Assembly (NCBI GenBank): GCA_045657245.1
Contig: JAZOSQ010000034.1
Coordinates: 2,555-66,554, forward strand
Source of the DNA: Eubacteriales bacterium
Lineage (GTDB): Bacteria > Bacillota > Clostridia > Oscillospirales > CAG-382
DNA length: 64,000 nt
Direction: 5' to 3'
Part shown: positions 1 through 9,523 of the stretch, piece after piece
How positions within the stretch are numbered: the stretch's first letter is position 1
How the letters are laid out: every line of letters begins with the position of its first letter
The notes under the pieces: model-generated
What the model saw: the letters and a program-made list of their open reading frames with translations, nothing else
Told to the model about the DNA's origin: nothing
The model's database searches: none
Translations under genes and position numbers: made by a program

Positions 1-1302
1 TTCCTCGAATCGCGTGATTTCAAGCCACATTTTGATTTTGAATCCTGTGGCGAATTCGACGATATCAAGAGCGACAAACGCGCTTTCGCAAATGCATTCA
101 AGACCCAATCGGACAACCAAGACCATATCTACGGCAAAGCGATTTTAGAGGGCTATGGCGAAAAGGTTCTCGTTCAGAACCCCCCGATGCCCCCCTTGAC
201 AAGAAAAGAGCTTGATGCCGTTTATTCACTTCCTTATATGCGAACCTACCACCCGAGCTATGAAAAGCTCGGCGGTGTTCCTGCGATTGAAGAAGTAAAG
301 TTCTCGGTCACACACAACCGAGGTTGCTTCGGCGGTTGTAACTTCTGCTCGATAGCTTTCCATCAGGGAAGAACCGTCACGTCACGTTCGATAGCTTCCT
401 GCGTTAAAGAAGCCGAACAGATTGCCTCGATGCCCGATTTCAAGGGATATATCCATGACGTCGGCGGTCCGAGTGCAAACTTCCGTACCAACGGATGCGA
501 AAAAGCAAAGAAGTATGGTGTCTGTAAGGGTAAAAACTGTCTGACTCCGACCGTTTGTAAGAATATGAACGTCGACCATACCGAATATATCGAGCTTTTG
601 AAGTCGATAGAAGCGGTCAAGGGTGTCAAGAAGGTTTTCGTTCGTTCGGGATTGAGATATGACTATATCCTCGCCGATAAAAACCTCAAATTCTTCCGCA
701 AACTCGTCAACGACCACGTCAGCGGACACCTTAAAGTCGCACCCGAACATTGCTGTAACGACGTGCTTAAACTTATGGGCAAACCGCCTATCGAGGATTA
801 TGATAAATTCAAAGAAAAGTTTGCCGTCTTGACAAAAGAAGCGGGGAAGGAACAGTATATTGTTCCCTATCTCATATCTTCCCACCCCGGCAGTACGCTC
901 GATTCGGCAATCGAACTTGCTTTGTATTTGAAACGTAACCGATTGAATCCCGAACAGGTTCAGGACTTCTATCCGACACCGGGAACGGCTTCGACTTGTA
1001 TGTTCTATACAGGCATCGACCCCGCAACAGGCAAAAACGTATACGTTGCAAGAGATTATAACGAAAAACAGATGCAACGTGCGCTCTTGCAGTTTGCGCG
1101 CCCTGCAAATGCGCCTATCGTAAGAAAAGCGCTTATAAAGGCAGGAAGGGAAGACCTTATCGGATTTTCAAACGATTGCCTTGTTCGCCCCGAAGTTCAA
1201 AAAACTTATGGCAAGAAACCTAGCAAATCCCCGAGCAAACCCCAGAGCAAAAATTCAAAACCCCAAAGACCGAAACCCCAAAAACGCACCAAAAGAAAAT
1301 AA
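1..1302 (+). CDS. ygiQ: YgiQ-family (UPF0313) radical SAM protein, 5'-partial (enters from upstream of the window)
   Basis: Frame 1 is open from nt 1 through the listed ATG at 187, so the gene is truncated by the window edge. It has the CX3CX2C radical-SAM motif (RGCFGGCNFCSIAFHQGR) and a basic Lys/Pro-rich C-terminal tail. A terminator follows. Confidence 0.85.
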   Translation, partial: FLESRDFKPHFDFESCGEFDDIKSDKRAFANAFKTQSDNQDHIYGKAILEGYGEKVLVQNPPMPPLTRKELDAVYSLPYMRTYHPSYEKLGGVPAIEEVKFSVTHNRGCFGGCNFCSIAFHQGRTVTSRSIASCVKEAEQIASMPDFKGYIHDVGGPSANFRTNGCEKAKKYGVCKGKNCLTPTVCKNMNVDHTEYIELLKSIEAVKGVKKVFVRSGLRYDYILADKNLKFFRKLVNDHVSGHLKVAPEHCCNDVLKLMGKPPIEDYDKFKEKFAVLTKEAGKEQYIVPYLISSHPGSTLDSAIELALYLKRNRLNPEQVQDFYPTPGTASTCMFYTGIDPATGKNVYVARDYNEKQMQRALLQFARPANAPIVRKALIKAGREDLIGFSNDCLVRPEVQKTYGKKPSKSPSKPQSKNSKPQRPKPQKRTKRK

Positions 1303-1306
1303 AAAA

Positions 1307-1340
1307 GAACGGCTTATCGTGAAAGATAAGCCGTTTTTTG
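1307..1340. terminator. Bidirectional Rho-independent terminator between convergent ygiQ and PBP genes
   Basis: Stem AACGGCTTATC/GATAAGCCGTT (11 bp, 6-nt loop). It is followed by TTTTTG on the + strand and preceded by an A-run, which gives a T-run on the - strand. Confidence 0.75.
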
Positions 1341-1345
1341 TTATC

Positions 1346-1398
1346 GGGGTTCCCAAGAAGTCGTTAGACTTCTTAGGGTAATTGTTGGGGTGATTTCT
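1346..1398 (-). repeat. Palindromic 3'-UTR element, copy 1 (partner at 47427-47470 in opposite orientation)
   Basis: A 20-nt block (1352-1371, cccaagaagtcgttagactt) and a 13-nt block (1384-1396, gttggggtgattt) are identical to the reverse complement of 47443-47462 and 47430-47442. It forms the hairpin CCCAAGAAGTC/GACTTCTTAGGG. On the - strand it starts 2 nt after the PBP stop codon. Confidence 0.6.
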
Positions 1399-4185
1399 TT
1401 ATTCCCCTGCAGGAATTGCAGGTTCTTCGGGAGTATCGGGATTGAGAAGATCGTTCAGATCTTCGTCGGAAATCGATTCATCGGGATTTAATATATCTTC
1501 GGGAATTTCGGGTTCTTCGGGTTGGTAATGCTCGATACAAATTCTGTTTGCAGGCTTCGAGCTTGAATAACCGAAGTTCAATCCTTTGGGAAGCGCGTTT
1601 TGGAAGAAGGGAACAGACTTGCTCGTTGGGTATTCATATCCGTCGGGAACGTCCATATAGATATATTGTGCGTCACCAACGGAAACCTTGCCGTGAAGAG
1701 CACGGTCTTCGATGGTGAGCTTTCTCAAACCAACTTCAATAATGTTGGATTCGGGACAAGCGCATCCGTCAAGGCAAAGCGCCTTTGTCTTCTTATCATA
1801 TTTGACCATAACGTGAACGTCGCAATATTCGGTAGGTACGTCAAGTTTGTTGAACATACCCTTTGCAATACAGCTCATACCGCCGTTTTGACGGTAAAGG
1901 TCTTTCTTACAGGCTTCTGTGGGAAGCTTGCCCGAAATGGTGCAGTACTCCGAAGTTACCATAGAAGAAGGATATTCAAACTTCTTTGTGTAGGGAATGC
2001 CTTTTGCGTCGTAATATTTATAAATCTCGTTAAAAACACTGTTCCAAAGTGAAGCTGCGCTGTTGCCCGATGTGGTGATAACTTGGTTTAGGTCGTAACC
2101 ATACCAACAACAAGCAACAAAATCGGGAGTATAACCTGCGAAATAAACGTCTTTTTTATCGTTGGTTGTACCTGTTTTGCCCGCAACCTCAACACCGTAT
2201 TTCTTCTGGAATTTAATTCTCGAAGCAGCGGTACCATATGAGCCTGTAACAACGTGTGTGAGAAGGTCCGTCAAGATAGCTGTTGTGGTTTCCTTGTACA
2301 TAACTCTGTGTTCTTCGCTGTTGTCAAGAATAACCTTGCCCGTGCTGTCGCGAACGACGGAATATGTTCTTGCTTTTGAAGTGACACCGTTGTTTGCAAG
2401 CGTTGCGTACGCTTGAGTGTGTTCGCGAACGCTTACACCATAGGTCATACCACCAAGCGCCATAGGCGAAGTTCCGATGTCGGAAACGACATTTCCGTTC
2501 TCTAACGTTTTGGAATCTATAAGCTTTTCATAACCATAGGATTTGAAGTTGTTATAGACGTTTTCCACACCCATCTTTTCACAAAGATAAACCGGAATGG
2601 TGTTTAGTGAGGATTGGAGTGCATAGTCGAGCGAAACAAGACCTCTATATCGATTGCTTGAGTTTCTCGGCCAATATTTACCGGTTTCTTCATAATAAAC
2701 GGGAGGAACGTCGTCAACGGGTGTTCCTGCCGAAATATATCCATTGTCTAAAGCGTAAGCATAAATGGAAACGGGCTTTATCGACGAACCGCATTGACGC
2801 CAACTGTTTGTCGCACGGTTAAGTCCACGGCTTTCTTTTTTCGTACCAAGACCGCCGACAATCGCAAGAAGGTTGCCCGAATCGGGGTCCATAACACAAA
2901 TTGCCGATTGTGCCTGCATGCCTTTTGTCTGAGGCCATTGTGTGCTGTCGGTGAACACCTTTTCGGCACACTTTTGGATTGCAGGATCCATACAGGTTAC
3001 AATCTGCAAACCGCCCGAATAGAGAACTCTAGAAGCGGTCGCTTCGTCATAACCATATTTTTCCATAAGGTCGTCAACAACGTCGTCCATGACGGCATCG
3101 ATATAATAGGAATGTATCGTTTCGGTATATTCCTCGTCACTGCCGTCTGCCAAGGTTATTGGTGCGTCGTAATATTCATCAAATTCTTCCTGAGTGATTT
3201 TGCCTTGTTCAAGCATGAGCTTGAGAACAAGGTTTCTTCTCGTGAGGTTGTTTTTCGGGTTCGAAATCGGGTCATAATGTGCAGGCCATTTACCGATGGA
3301 AGCAATTGACGCACATTCCGCAAGGTTAAGTTCACTCAATTCCTTTCCGAAGTAGGTTTGTGCCGCAACACGAACACCGTAAGAGTTGTGAGAAAGGTAT
3401 ATCGTGTTGAGATACATTTCAAGTATCTCGTTTTTCGTATATTTACTTTCAACGTTAAAAGCACGGAAAATTTCTTGAACCTTACGTTGGATAGTCGCTT
3501 CGTTTTCCCCTGTAACGTTCTTGATAAGCTGTTGGGTTATTGTCGAACCACCGCCGTAATTGGCACTCGTCGGAACAAAGAAGTTATAGATCGCCGAAGC
3601 GGTTCTCGTTGTGTCAACACCGCTGTGTTCGCGGAAACGCTGGTCTTCAACGGCAATATAAGCGTCGATAAGCTGTTGCGGGATGTCGTCATAGCTTGCC
3701 CAAAGACGGTTTTCACTGCTTGCGAGCGTGTCTTCTTCAAGCAAGATTTCCTTGCCTTCTGCATCGACATAATACATCGTTGTTGACAGCGCCGAGTCAA
3801 ATTTCAGATTATCCAATCCCGTAAAGTTCGGGTCGACATAGTTTTTAATATAAACGATAAACGCAATAACGACAACGGTACCTGTTATGATGCCTACAAC
3901 AAGGACGGTAAGAAGAATGTTCATAAGATAGGTTAAAATCTTACGAATGACAAACCAAACCCCAGAAAGCGTGGTCTTTGCCGCGCGTGAGGTTTTCGAA
4001 TTTTTCTTGTTTGTTTTTGTGTCGCTCTTTTTGTTTTTTTTCTTGGGTGCGCTGTTGTTTTCAACCTTGTCGAAGGTTCTTGTGCTTCCTTCGCTTTGAG
4101 GTTTAGTGTTAACAGGCGCAAAATCTCTTGTCGCAGCACTATCCTGCTTCATAGAGTCGTCATTTTTGTTGAAATTTTCCTGCAT
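1399..4185 (-). CDS. Class A penicillin-binding protein (PBP1A family, bifunctional transglycosylase/transpeptidase)
   Basis: GT51 motifs EDQRFREHSGVD and GGSTITQQL. Transpeptidase motifs SxxK (GSSIKP), SxN (SSLNT) and KTG (AGKTGTT). Basic N-terminus plus a single TM helix, and an acidic C-terminal tail. Confidence 0.9.
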   Translation of the reverse strand: MQENFNKNDDSMKQDSAATRDFAPVNTKPQSEGSTRTFDKVENNSAPKKKNKKSDTKTNKKNSKTSRAAKTTLSGVWFVIRKILTYLMNILLTVLVVGIITGTVVVIAFIVYIKNYVDPNFTGLDNLKFDSALSTTMYYVDAEGKEILLEEDTLASSENRLWASYDDIPQQLIDAYIAVEDQRFREHSGVDTTRTASAIYNFFVPTSANYGGGSTITQQLIKNVTGENEATIQRKVQEIFRAFNVESKYTKNEILEMYLNTIYLSHNSYGVRVAAQTYFGKELSELNLAECASIASIGKWPAHYDPISNPKNNLTRRNLVLKLMLEQGKITQEEFDEYYDAPITLADGSDEEYTETIHSYYIDAVMDDVVDDLMEKYGYDEATASRVLYSGGLQIVTCMDPAIQKCAEKVFTDSTQWPQTKGMQAQSAICVMDPDSGNLLAIVGGLGTKKESRGLNRATNSWRQCGSSIKPVSIYAYALDNGYISAGTPVDDVPPVYYEETGKYWPRNSSNRYRGLVSLDYALQSSLNTIPVYLCEKMGVENVYNNFKSYGYEKLIDSKTLENGNVVSDIGTSPMALGGMTYGVSVREHTQAYATLANNGVTSKARTYSVVRDSTGKVILDNSEEHRVMYKETTTAILTDLLTHVVTGSYGTAASRIKFQKKYGVEVAGKTGTTNDKKDVYFAGYTPDFVACCWYGYDLNQVITTSGNSAASLWNSVFNEIYKYYDAKGIPYTKKFEYPSSMVTSEYCTISGKLPTEACKKDLYRQNGGMSCIAKGMFNKLDVPTEYCDVHVMVKYDKKTKALCLDGCACPESNIIEVGLRKLTIEDRALHGKVSVGDAQYIYMDVPDGYEYPTSKSVPFFQNALPKGLNFGYSSSKPANRICIEHYQPEEPEIPEDILNPDESISDEDLNDLLNPDTPEEPAIPAGE

Positions 4186-4208
4186 AACGATTGAAAATTC
4201 CTTTCGTG

Positions 4209-7200
4209 TTATTTAACGGCAATATTTTCCTTGCCCATAATCTCTTTTAGCTGGTTTAAAATCCTATCAGAAACGTCGGTTGTTTTGCCCTTGACGGCGC
4301 AAAGCCGTTTTTCCGATTCAAAATAAACAACTATTCTCGCATTACCGCCTGTCTGTGATGCAAGTGCAATCGCATCGTCAAGACGTTGGGAGTTTGTATC
4401 GGTGACCTTAATATAGACCGAACAAGAATCTGTTGGTTCTTGCTTTTTTATGTTTTTAGAAACGTATTCATTCCTCAACGCTTCTTCGGGAGTGAGAACT
4501 GATTTGAGCAATATCGTGACGTTTTCTTTCGATTCGTCACCAAAAGCTTCTTTGATTTCGGGTGAGCCAACAAAAACATAAACCTTGTTTTCTTCAAATT
4601 TGCTTCCCGATTCGGCATACAGCGAGGGAAACATGATGATTTCTGCGCTTCCATGCTCGTCCTCTGCCGTTATGAATGCCATTATATCATTCTTTTTTGT
4701 AACTTTCGAGCGTTTTTTTGTTACAAGACCAAGAAATTTTATTCTGTCGGTCTTTTTGATTTTGCCTTCTTCAAGTAATTCGCGAAGTTTTTCGGTGTTT
4801 AATGCACCTATGTTTTTCGCTAATTCCTCATATCCGTCCAAAGGATGACCCGAGAAATAAAGCCCCGTCATCTCTTTTTCGCCCGAAAACAGCTCGTTTT
4901 GGGTGAATTCGGGAAGGTCGGATTTCGGGAATTCAAAAGCCGATTCACTTTCGACCATTCCGCCGAAAAGACTGATCTGTCCGACGCTCGTTCTGTTTTT
5001 ATCGCGGGAAACGGTTTCCAAAGCGGAAGAAAGCCCCGCCATCATTCTGCTTCTCGGAATAGAGAAGCAATCGAGCGCACCCGCGATTATAAGCGATTCG
5101 AACGATTTCGAGCTTCCAAACGACGCGCATCTCGAAATAAAATCCTCGATGCTCGTGAAATTCCTTCTCAAACGTTCGTTGATAACCTTATCAGCGAAAA
5201 GCTCTCCGACGTTCTTGACTGCCGCAAGCCCGAAACGAAGGTCGTTCCCTTCGACAGAGAAACTGCCGAAACTGTGGTTGACGTCGGGAGGGAGTATCTT
5301 CATTCCCATCTTTCCGCAATCGGCAATATATTCGCCAACCTTTTCGTTCGAACCCATAACCGTGTTCAAAAGCGAACACATATATTCTCTCGGATAGTGG
5401 CATTTAAGCCAAGCGGTTCTGTATGCAACAACGGCATAGGCGGCGGCGTGGCTTTTGTTGAACGCATATTTTGCGAATTCGTTCATTTTCATAAATATCG
5501 ATTCCGCAACCTTCTCGTCAACACCGTTTTTGACTGCACCTTCGATGAAAACACCCTTTTCCTTTGCCATAACTTCGGGTTTCTTCTTTGCCATCGCACG
5601 TCTGACGATATCCGCTCTGCCGTAGGAATATCCTGCGAGGTTTCTGCAAATCTGCATAACCTGTTCCTGATAAAGAAGTACGCCACAGGTTGTGGAAAGG
5701 ATATCTTTAAGACGCACGTCGTCATATTCGATTTTTTCGGGGGATATTCTGTTTTTCAAGAAAGTATCGATTGAAAGCGCAGGACCGGGACGGTAAAGCG
5801 ATATAACCGAAATTATATCTTCAAGGTTTCTCGGCTTGAGCTTCGAAAGAAGATGTCGCATACCTTCGCTTTCAAGCTGGAAAATACCGATTGCGTTCCC
5901 TTCGGAAAGCATATTATAAGTCGCCTCATCGTCAAGTGGAAGCGCTTCGGCGGAAAAATCGGGAATCATTTTCCGAATCTGTTTTTCCGTGCTTTGTATT
6001 ATAGATAGGAACCGAAGCCCAAGAAAGTCCATTTTAAGAAGACCTAAATCGGCAACGGTGTTCATCGGGAATTGCGTGACAACAGTGCTGTCGTTAACAG
6101 CAAGGGGAAGATAGTTTGTAAGCGGTTCGTCGGTTATAACAACGCCCGAAGCGTGAGTCGACGCGTTTCTCGGTCTGCCTTCAAGCTTTGATGCAAAATC
6201 AATAAGCTTCTTTGCGGCGGGATCGTTGTCATACCGTTGTTTAAGCTCGGGATTTTCTTTCAATGCCGATTCAAGCGTGACGTCGAGATATCTCGGTATC
6301 ATTTTTGCGATCTCGTCAACCGAAGCATAACTCATACCGAGCGCGCGGCCTGTATCACGAACTGCCTGACGGCAGGCAAGTTTACCGAAGGTGATAATCT
6401 GTGCAACGTGTGCGCGACCGTATTTCGAAGCAACGTATTCGATAACTTCGCCTCTGCGTTCGTCGCTGAAGTCGATGTCAATATCGGGCATAGAAACTCT
6501 TTCGGGATTCAAAAATCTCTCGAAAAGAAGACCGAACTGTATTGGGTCAACCTGTGTAATACCAAGAGAATAGGTACAAAGACTGCCGACGGCACTGCCT
6601 CTACCCGAACCGACGGGAATACCATTCTGACGGGCGTAGTTGACGAAATCCCAAACAATAAGAAGATAGTCGTCAAAGCCCATATTGTGAATAACCGAAA
6701 GTTCATAATCGATTCTTTCGCGGTATTTCGAAATATCGTCACAAAGACGGTTTTCCTTTTGGAGCTTCTCAATACCCTCGTCACAAAGCTTTTTGAGATA
6801 GCTTTGAGCCGTATAGGGGGAGGGAGTCTTGAAAGCAGGGAGGTGCATATTGTCAAAATCAAATTCAAAATTGCACATTTCGGCAATCTTCTCAGTGTTT
6901 TCGACGGCTTGAGGTACGTCGCGGAAAAGAACTTCCATTTCCGTGACCGATTTTATATAATGTTCGCTTCCTTCCATAACGAAGTTCGAATTGTCAAGCG
7001 TGTTGCCCGTAGCAATGGCGGAAAGAAGCTTTTGGATTTGTGCGTGTTCTCTGGAAATATAATGCGCGTCGTTCGTCGCAACGAGAGGGATATCAAGTTC
7101 ACGGGAGAATTTAATAAGTGCGCGGTTGACTTCTTCCTGACCTTCGATTCCGTGACGTTGAAGCTCAAGATAAAAATTATTTCTTCCGAAGATTCGGTCA

Positions 7201-7682
7201 AAAATAATAATACGTTCTCTCGCAAGAGAAAGGTCGTTTGCAAGTATCGCCTTTGGGATACTGCCCGAAATACAACCCGAAAGCGCGATAAGTCCTTCGG
7301 AATGTTTGGAAAGCATCTCGATATCGGTTCTCGGTTTTTGATAAAAACCCACAGTGAACGCCTTCGAAACGATAGCCATAAGGTTTTTGTACCCTTCTGC
7401 GTTCTTCGCCAAAAGAACGAGATGTGAATAATCGGAATCCAAAAGTCGATCCTTCTGTTCCATAGAACGAGGCGCGACGTAGACCTCACATCCGATTATC
7501 GGACGAACTCCCTTGCTCACACAAGCTTTATAAAAATCAACGGCGCCATACATAACACCGTGGTCGGTAATGGCGACGGCGTTTTGACCTGCATTTAAGA
7601 CGGCATCGGGGATTTCGTTGATACGACATTCACCGTCAAGAAGACTGTATTCGGTATGAAGATGAAGGTGAACGAACCCCAT
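4209..7682 (-). CDS. dnaE: DNA polymerase III alpha subunit, DnaE type
   Basis: N-terminal PHP motif (HLHLHTEYSLLDG). The 1157-aa length and domain order are typical of DnaE, and there is no internal proofreading exonuclease insertion as in PolC. Confidence 0.95.
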   Translation of the reverse strand: MGFVHLHLHTEYSLLDGECRINEIPDAVLNAGQNAVAITDHGVMYGAVDFYKACVSKGVRPIIGCEVYVAPRSMEQKDRLLDSDYSHLVLLAKNAEGYKNLMAIVSKAFTVGFYQKPRTDIEMLSKHSEGLIALSGCISGSIPKAILANDLSLARERIIIFDRIFGRNNFYLELQRHGIEGQEEVNRALIKFSRELDIPLVATNDAHYISREHAQIQKLLSAIATGNTLDNSNFVMEGSEHYIKSVTEMEVLFRDVPQAVENTEKIAEMCNFEFDFDNMHLPAFKTPSPYTAQSYLKKLCDEGIEKLQKENRLCDDISKYRERIDYELSVIHNMGFDDYLLIVWDFVNYARQNGIPVGSGRGSAVGSLCTYSLGITQVDPIQFGLLFERFLNPERVSMPDIDIDFSDERRGEVIEYVASKYGRAHVAQIITFGKLACRQAVRDTGRALGMSYASVDEIAKMIPRYLDVTLESALKENPELKQRYDNDPAAKKLIDFASKLEGRPRNASTHASGVVITDEPLTNYLPLAVNDSTVVTQFPMNTVADLGLLKMDFLGLRFLSIIQSTEKQIRKMIPDFSAEALPLDDEATYNMLSEGNAIGIFQLESEGMRHLLSKLKPRNLEDIISVISLYRPGPALSIDTFLKNRISPEKIEYDDVRLKDILSTTCGVLLYQEQVMQICRNLAGYSYGRADIVRRAMAKKKPEVMAKEKGVFIEGAVKNGVDEKVAESIFMKMNEFAKYAFNKSHAAAYAVVAYRTAWLKCHYPREYMCSLLNTVMGSNEKVGEYIADCGKMGMKILPPDVNHSFGSFSVEGNDLRFGLAAVKNVGELFADKVINERLRRNFTSIEDFISRCASFGSSKSFESLIIAGALDCFSIPRSRMMAGLSSALETVSRDKNRTSVGQISLFGGMVESESAFEFPKSDLPEFTQNELFSGEKEMTGLYFSGHPLDGYEELAKNIGALNTEKLRELLEEGKIKKTDRIKFLGLVTKKRSKVTKKNDIMAFITAEDEHGSAEIIMFPSLYAESGSKFEENKVYVFVGSPEIKEAFGDESKENVTILLKSVLTPEEALRNEYVSKNIKKQEPTDSCSVYIKVTDTNSQRLDDAIALASQTGGNARIVVYFESEKRLCAVKGKTTDVSDRILNQLKEIMGKENIAVK

Positions 7683-7694
7683 AAGCTTTCCTTT

Positions 7695-8375
7695 TTAAGA
7701 TTTTTGAAGCATTTCTGCGATTTCGATAAGTTTTTTGAACCTATGGTTCAACCCCGATTTGCTGACCGGTTCACGAAGTCTTGAAATGATTTCGTTAAGA
7801 CTGATATCGGGATTTGCAAGTCGAATTTCGGCACATTCGCGAAGCTCGGGCACAAGGTTTTGCATAACACCGTATTTCTGAATGATTTTTATTGCCTCAC
7901 ATTGTTCGGCGGCCGCGCGAGCGATACGGTCGAGATTTGCGGTTTCCGCGTTGCAAATTCTGTTCGCCGTGTTTCTGACGTCGCTCATAATTTTCGTGTT
8001 TATAATATCAAGTGCCGCCTTGACACCGCCGATGTATGAAAGAATATCTTCGATGCTTTCACTTGCCTTATAATAAAGAATGGGCTTGTTTCGTCTGACC
8101 GAGCGTTTTGGGGATAACCCGACCGAATCGAGTATTTCGGTGATATAATCGGCATATTCATCGTCGGGAAGCACGAAGGAAAGCATAAAATTCCTTCCGG
8201 GTGCGCTGACGTTACCGCATTTAAGAAACAAACCGCGCAGGAAACAACCGATATCCTTGTCGCATTTTGCGTCGACTCTGCCAAGAGCTTTTCCGTTTTC
8301 GATATTTTTCTTGCAACAATCCTTTTTCGGAATATTCGATAAAAGCTGTTGTTTTATTTCGGAGGAAAAAGACAT
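7695..8375 (-). CDS. whiA: DNA-binding protein WhiA, short form (226 aa)
   Basis: N-terminus MSFSSEIKQQL..KDCCKK. LAGLIDADG-like segment CFLRGLFLKCGNVSAP. Motif VRNTANRICNAETANL. C-terminal HTH ending SKSGLNHRFKKL. It lies adjacent to murB. Confidence 0.8.
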   Translation of the reverse strand: MSFSSEIKQQLLSNIPKKDCCKKNIENGKALGRVDAKCDKDIGCFLRGLFLKCGNVSAPGRNFMLSFVLPDDEYADYITEILDSVGLSPKRSVRRNKPILYYKASESIEDILSYIGGVKAALDIINTKIMSDVRNTANRICNAETANLDRIARAAAEQCEAIKIIQKYGVMQNLVPELRECAEIRLANPDISLNEIISRLREPVSKSGLNHRFKKLIEIAEMLQKS

Positions 8376-8384
8376 TTTACCACC

Positions 8385-9269
8385 TTATTCAATAATCCTG
8401 ATTTCGGGTTCAAGACGTACGCCCGTTTTTTCAAAAACGGTGTCGGAAACGAAGTTCAAAAGATTTATAACGTCGGTTGCGGTCGCATTGTTTTTGTTAA
8501 TAATAAATCCTGCGTGTTTCTCCGAAACTTCCGCACCGCCGATAGAATATCCTTTCAAACCGCATTGTTCGATAAGCGCACCCGCGAAATTGCCGACGGG
8601 ACGTTTGAAAGCACTTCCGCAGCTCGGATATTCGAGGGGTTGTGTGCTTTTTCTTTTCGCCATAAGTTCGTCCATACGCGAACGAATCTCGGTCTTGTCA
8701 CCTTTTTCGCCTTTAAAGGAAGCGGAGATAAGAACCAAACCATCGGATGCCATTCTGCTTTTGCGATATCCGAACTCCATTTCTTCTTTTGAAAGAGTGA
8801 CGATTTCGAGCGATTTTGTGATGAATCTGCCGGAAACGAATATGTTGGAAAGCTCTCCGCCGTATGCACCGGCGTTCATATAAACACCGCCACCGACAGC
8901 GCCGGGGATACCGTAACAGAACTCAAATCCCGTGAATCCGTTTTCATGCGCGGTGTTTGCGAGAGTAGAAAGCGTTTCGCCGCACATAGCGGTAACAACA
9001 CCGTCTTCGACGGAAATACCTTTCATATCGCAAGTCGAAATAACCGCACCGTCGAAACCGGAATCGGGGAAGAGAAGGTTCGAGCATTTACCGACGACGA
9101 TATATCTTTCGCCGATGGCTTTGAAATACTTCAAAGCGTATAAAAGCTCGGATTCAGTTTTGGGTTCGACAAAATATTTTGCATTTCCGCCCGCCTTCAT
9201 AGAACAGTGAGGGGCGAGGTTTACGTTTTCGGATAAAGTGAAAGAAAGTATGCTCATGAGAAAATTCAT
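8385..9269 (-). CDS. murB: UDP-N-acetylenolpyruvoylglucosamine reductase
   Basis: FAD-binding PCMH-type N-terminal half and the MurB C-terminal motif (STQPLEYPSCGSAFKRP). The start is ambiguous: GGAG abuts the ATG at 9269, and the ATG at 9257 has better RBS spacing. Confidence 0.9.
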   Translation of the reverse strand: MNFLMSILSFTLSENVNLAPHCSMKAGGNAKYFVEPKTESELLYALKYFKAIGERYIVVGKCSNLLFPDSGFDGAVISTCDMKGISVEDGVVTAMCGETLSTLANTAHENGFTGFEFCYGIPGAVGGGVYMNAGAYGGELSNIFVSGRFITKSLEIVTLSKEEMEFGYRKSRMASDGLVLISASFKGEKGDKTEIRSRMDELMAKRKSTQPLEYPSCGSAFKRPVGNFAGALIEQCGLKGYSIGGAEVSEKHAGFIINKNNATATDVINLLNFVSDTVFEKTGVRLEPEIRIIE

Positions 9270-9396
9270 CTCCGCATTACATAATAATATTACTTATATA
9301 CATAATATTTCATCATCATTATACTATATGAATCTGCGAAATACAATAAATTTTCCAAATATCTTCAAAAAAAATAATATTTTTTTGTGTATTCTA

Positions 9397-9425
9397 TTGA
9401 CCTTTTACAAATAATTTGATAGAAT
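9397..9425 (+). promoter_or_regulatory. Putative sigma-A promoter for the 9524 gene
   Basis: TTGACC (9397-9402), 17-nt spacer, TAGAAT (9420-9425) with an extended -10 TG at 9417-9418. It lies in an AT-rich divergent spacer. Confidence 0.4.
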
Positions 9426-9523
9426 TACACCTGAATATGTATAATTGATGTAATATGAGGAAGTGTTGGTCGCTTTTTCGAAGCTTCAAAAACCAAAATC
9501 GATTTTCTTGTATTCTGAAAGCT

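Noticed and set aside
6237-7427. 396-aa plus-strand ORF
   Set aside because: It is antisense to dnaE. The same reasoning applies to 4845-5774 and 4903-5397.
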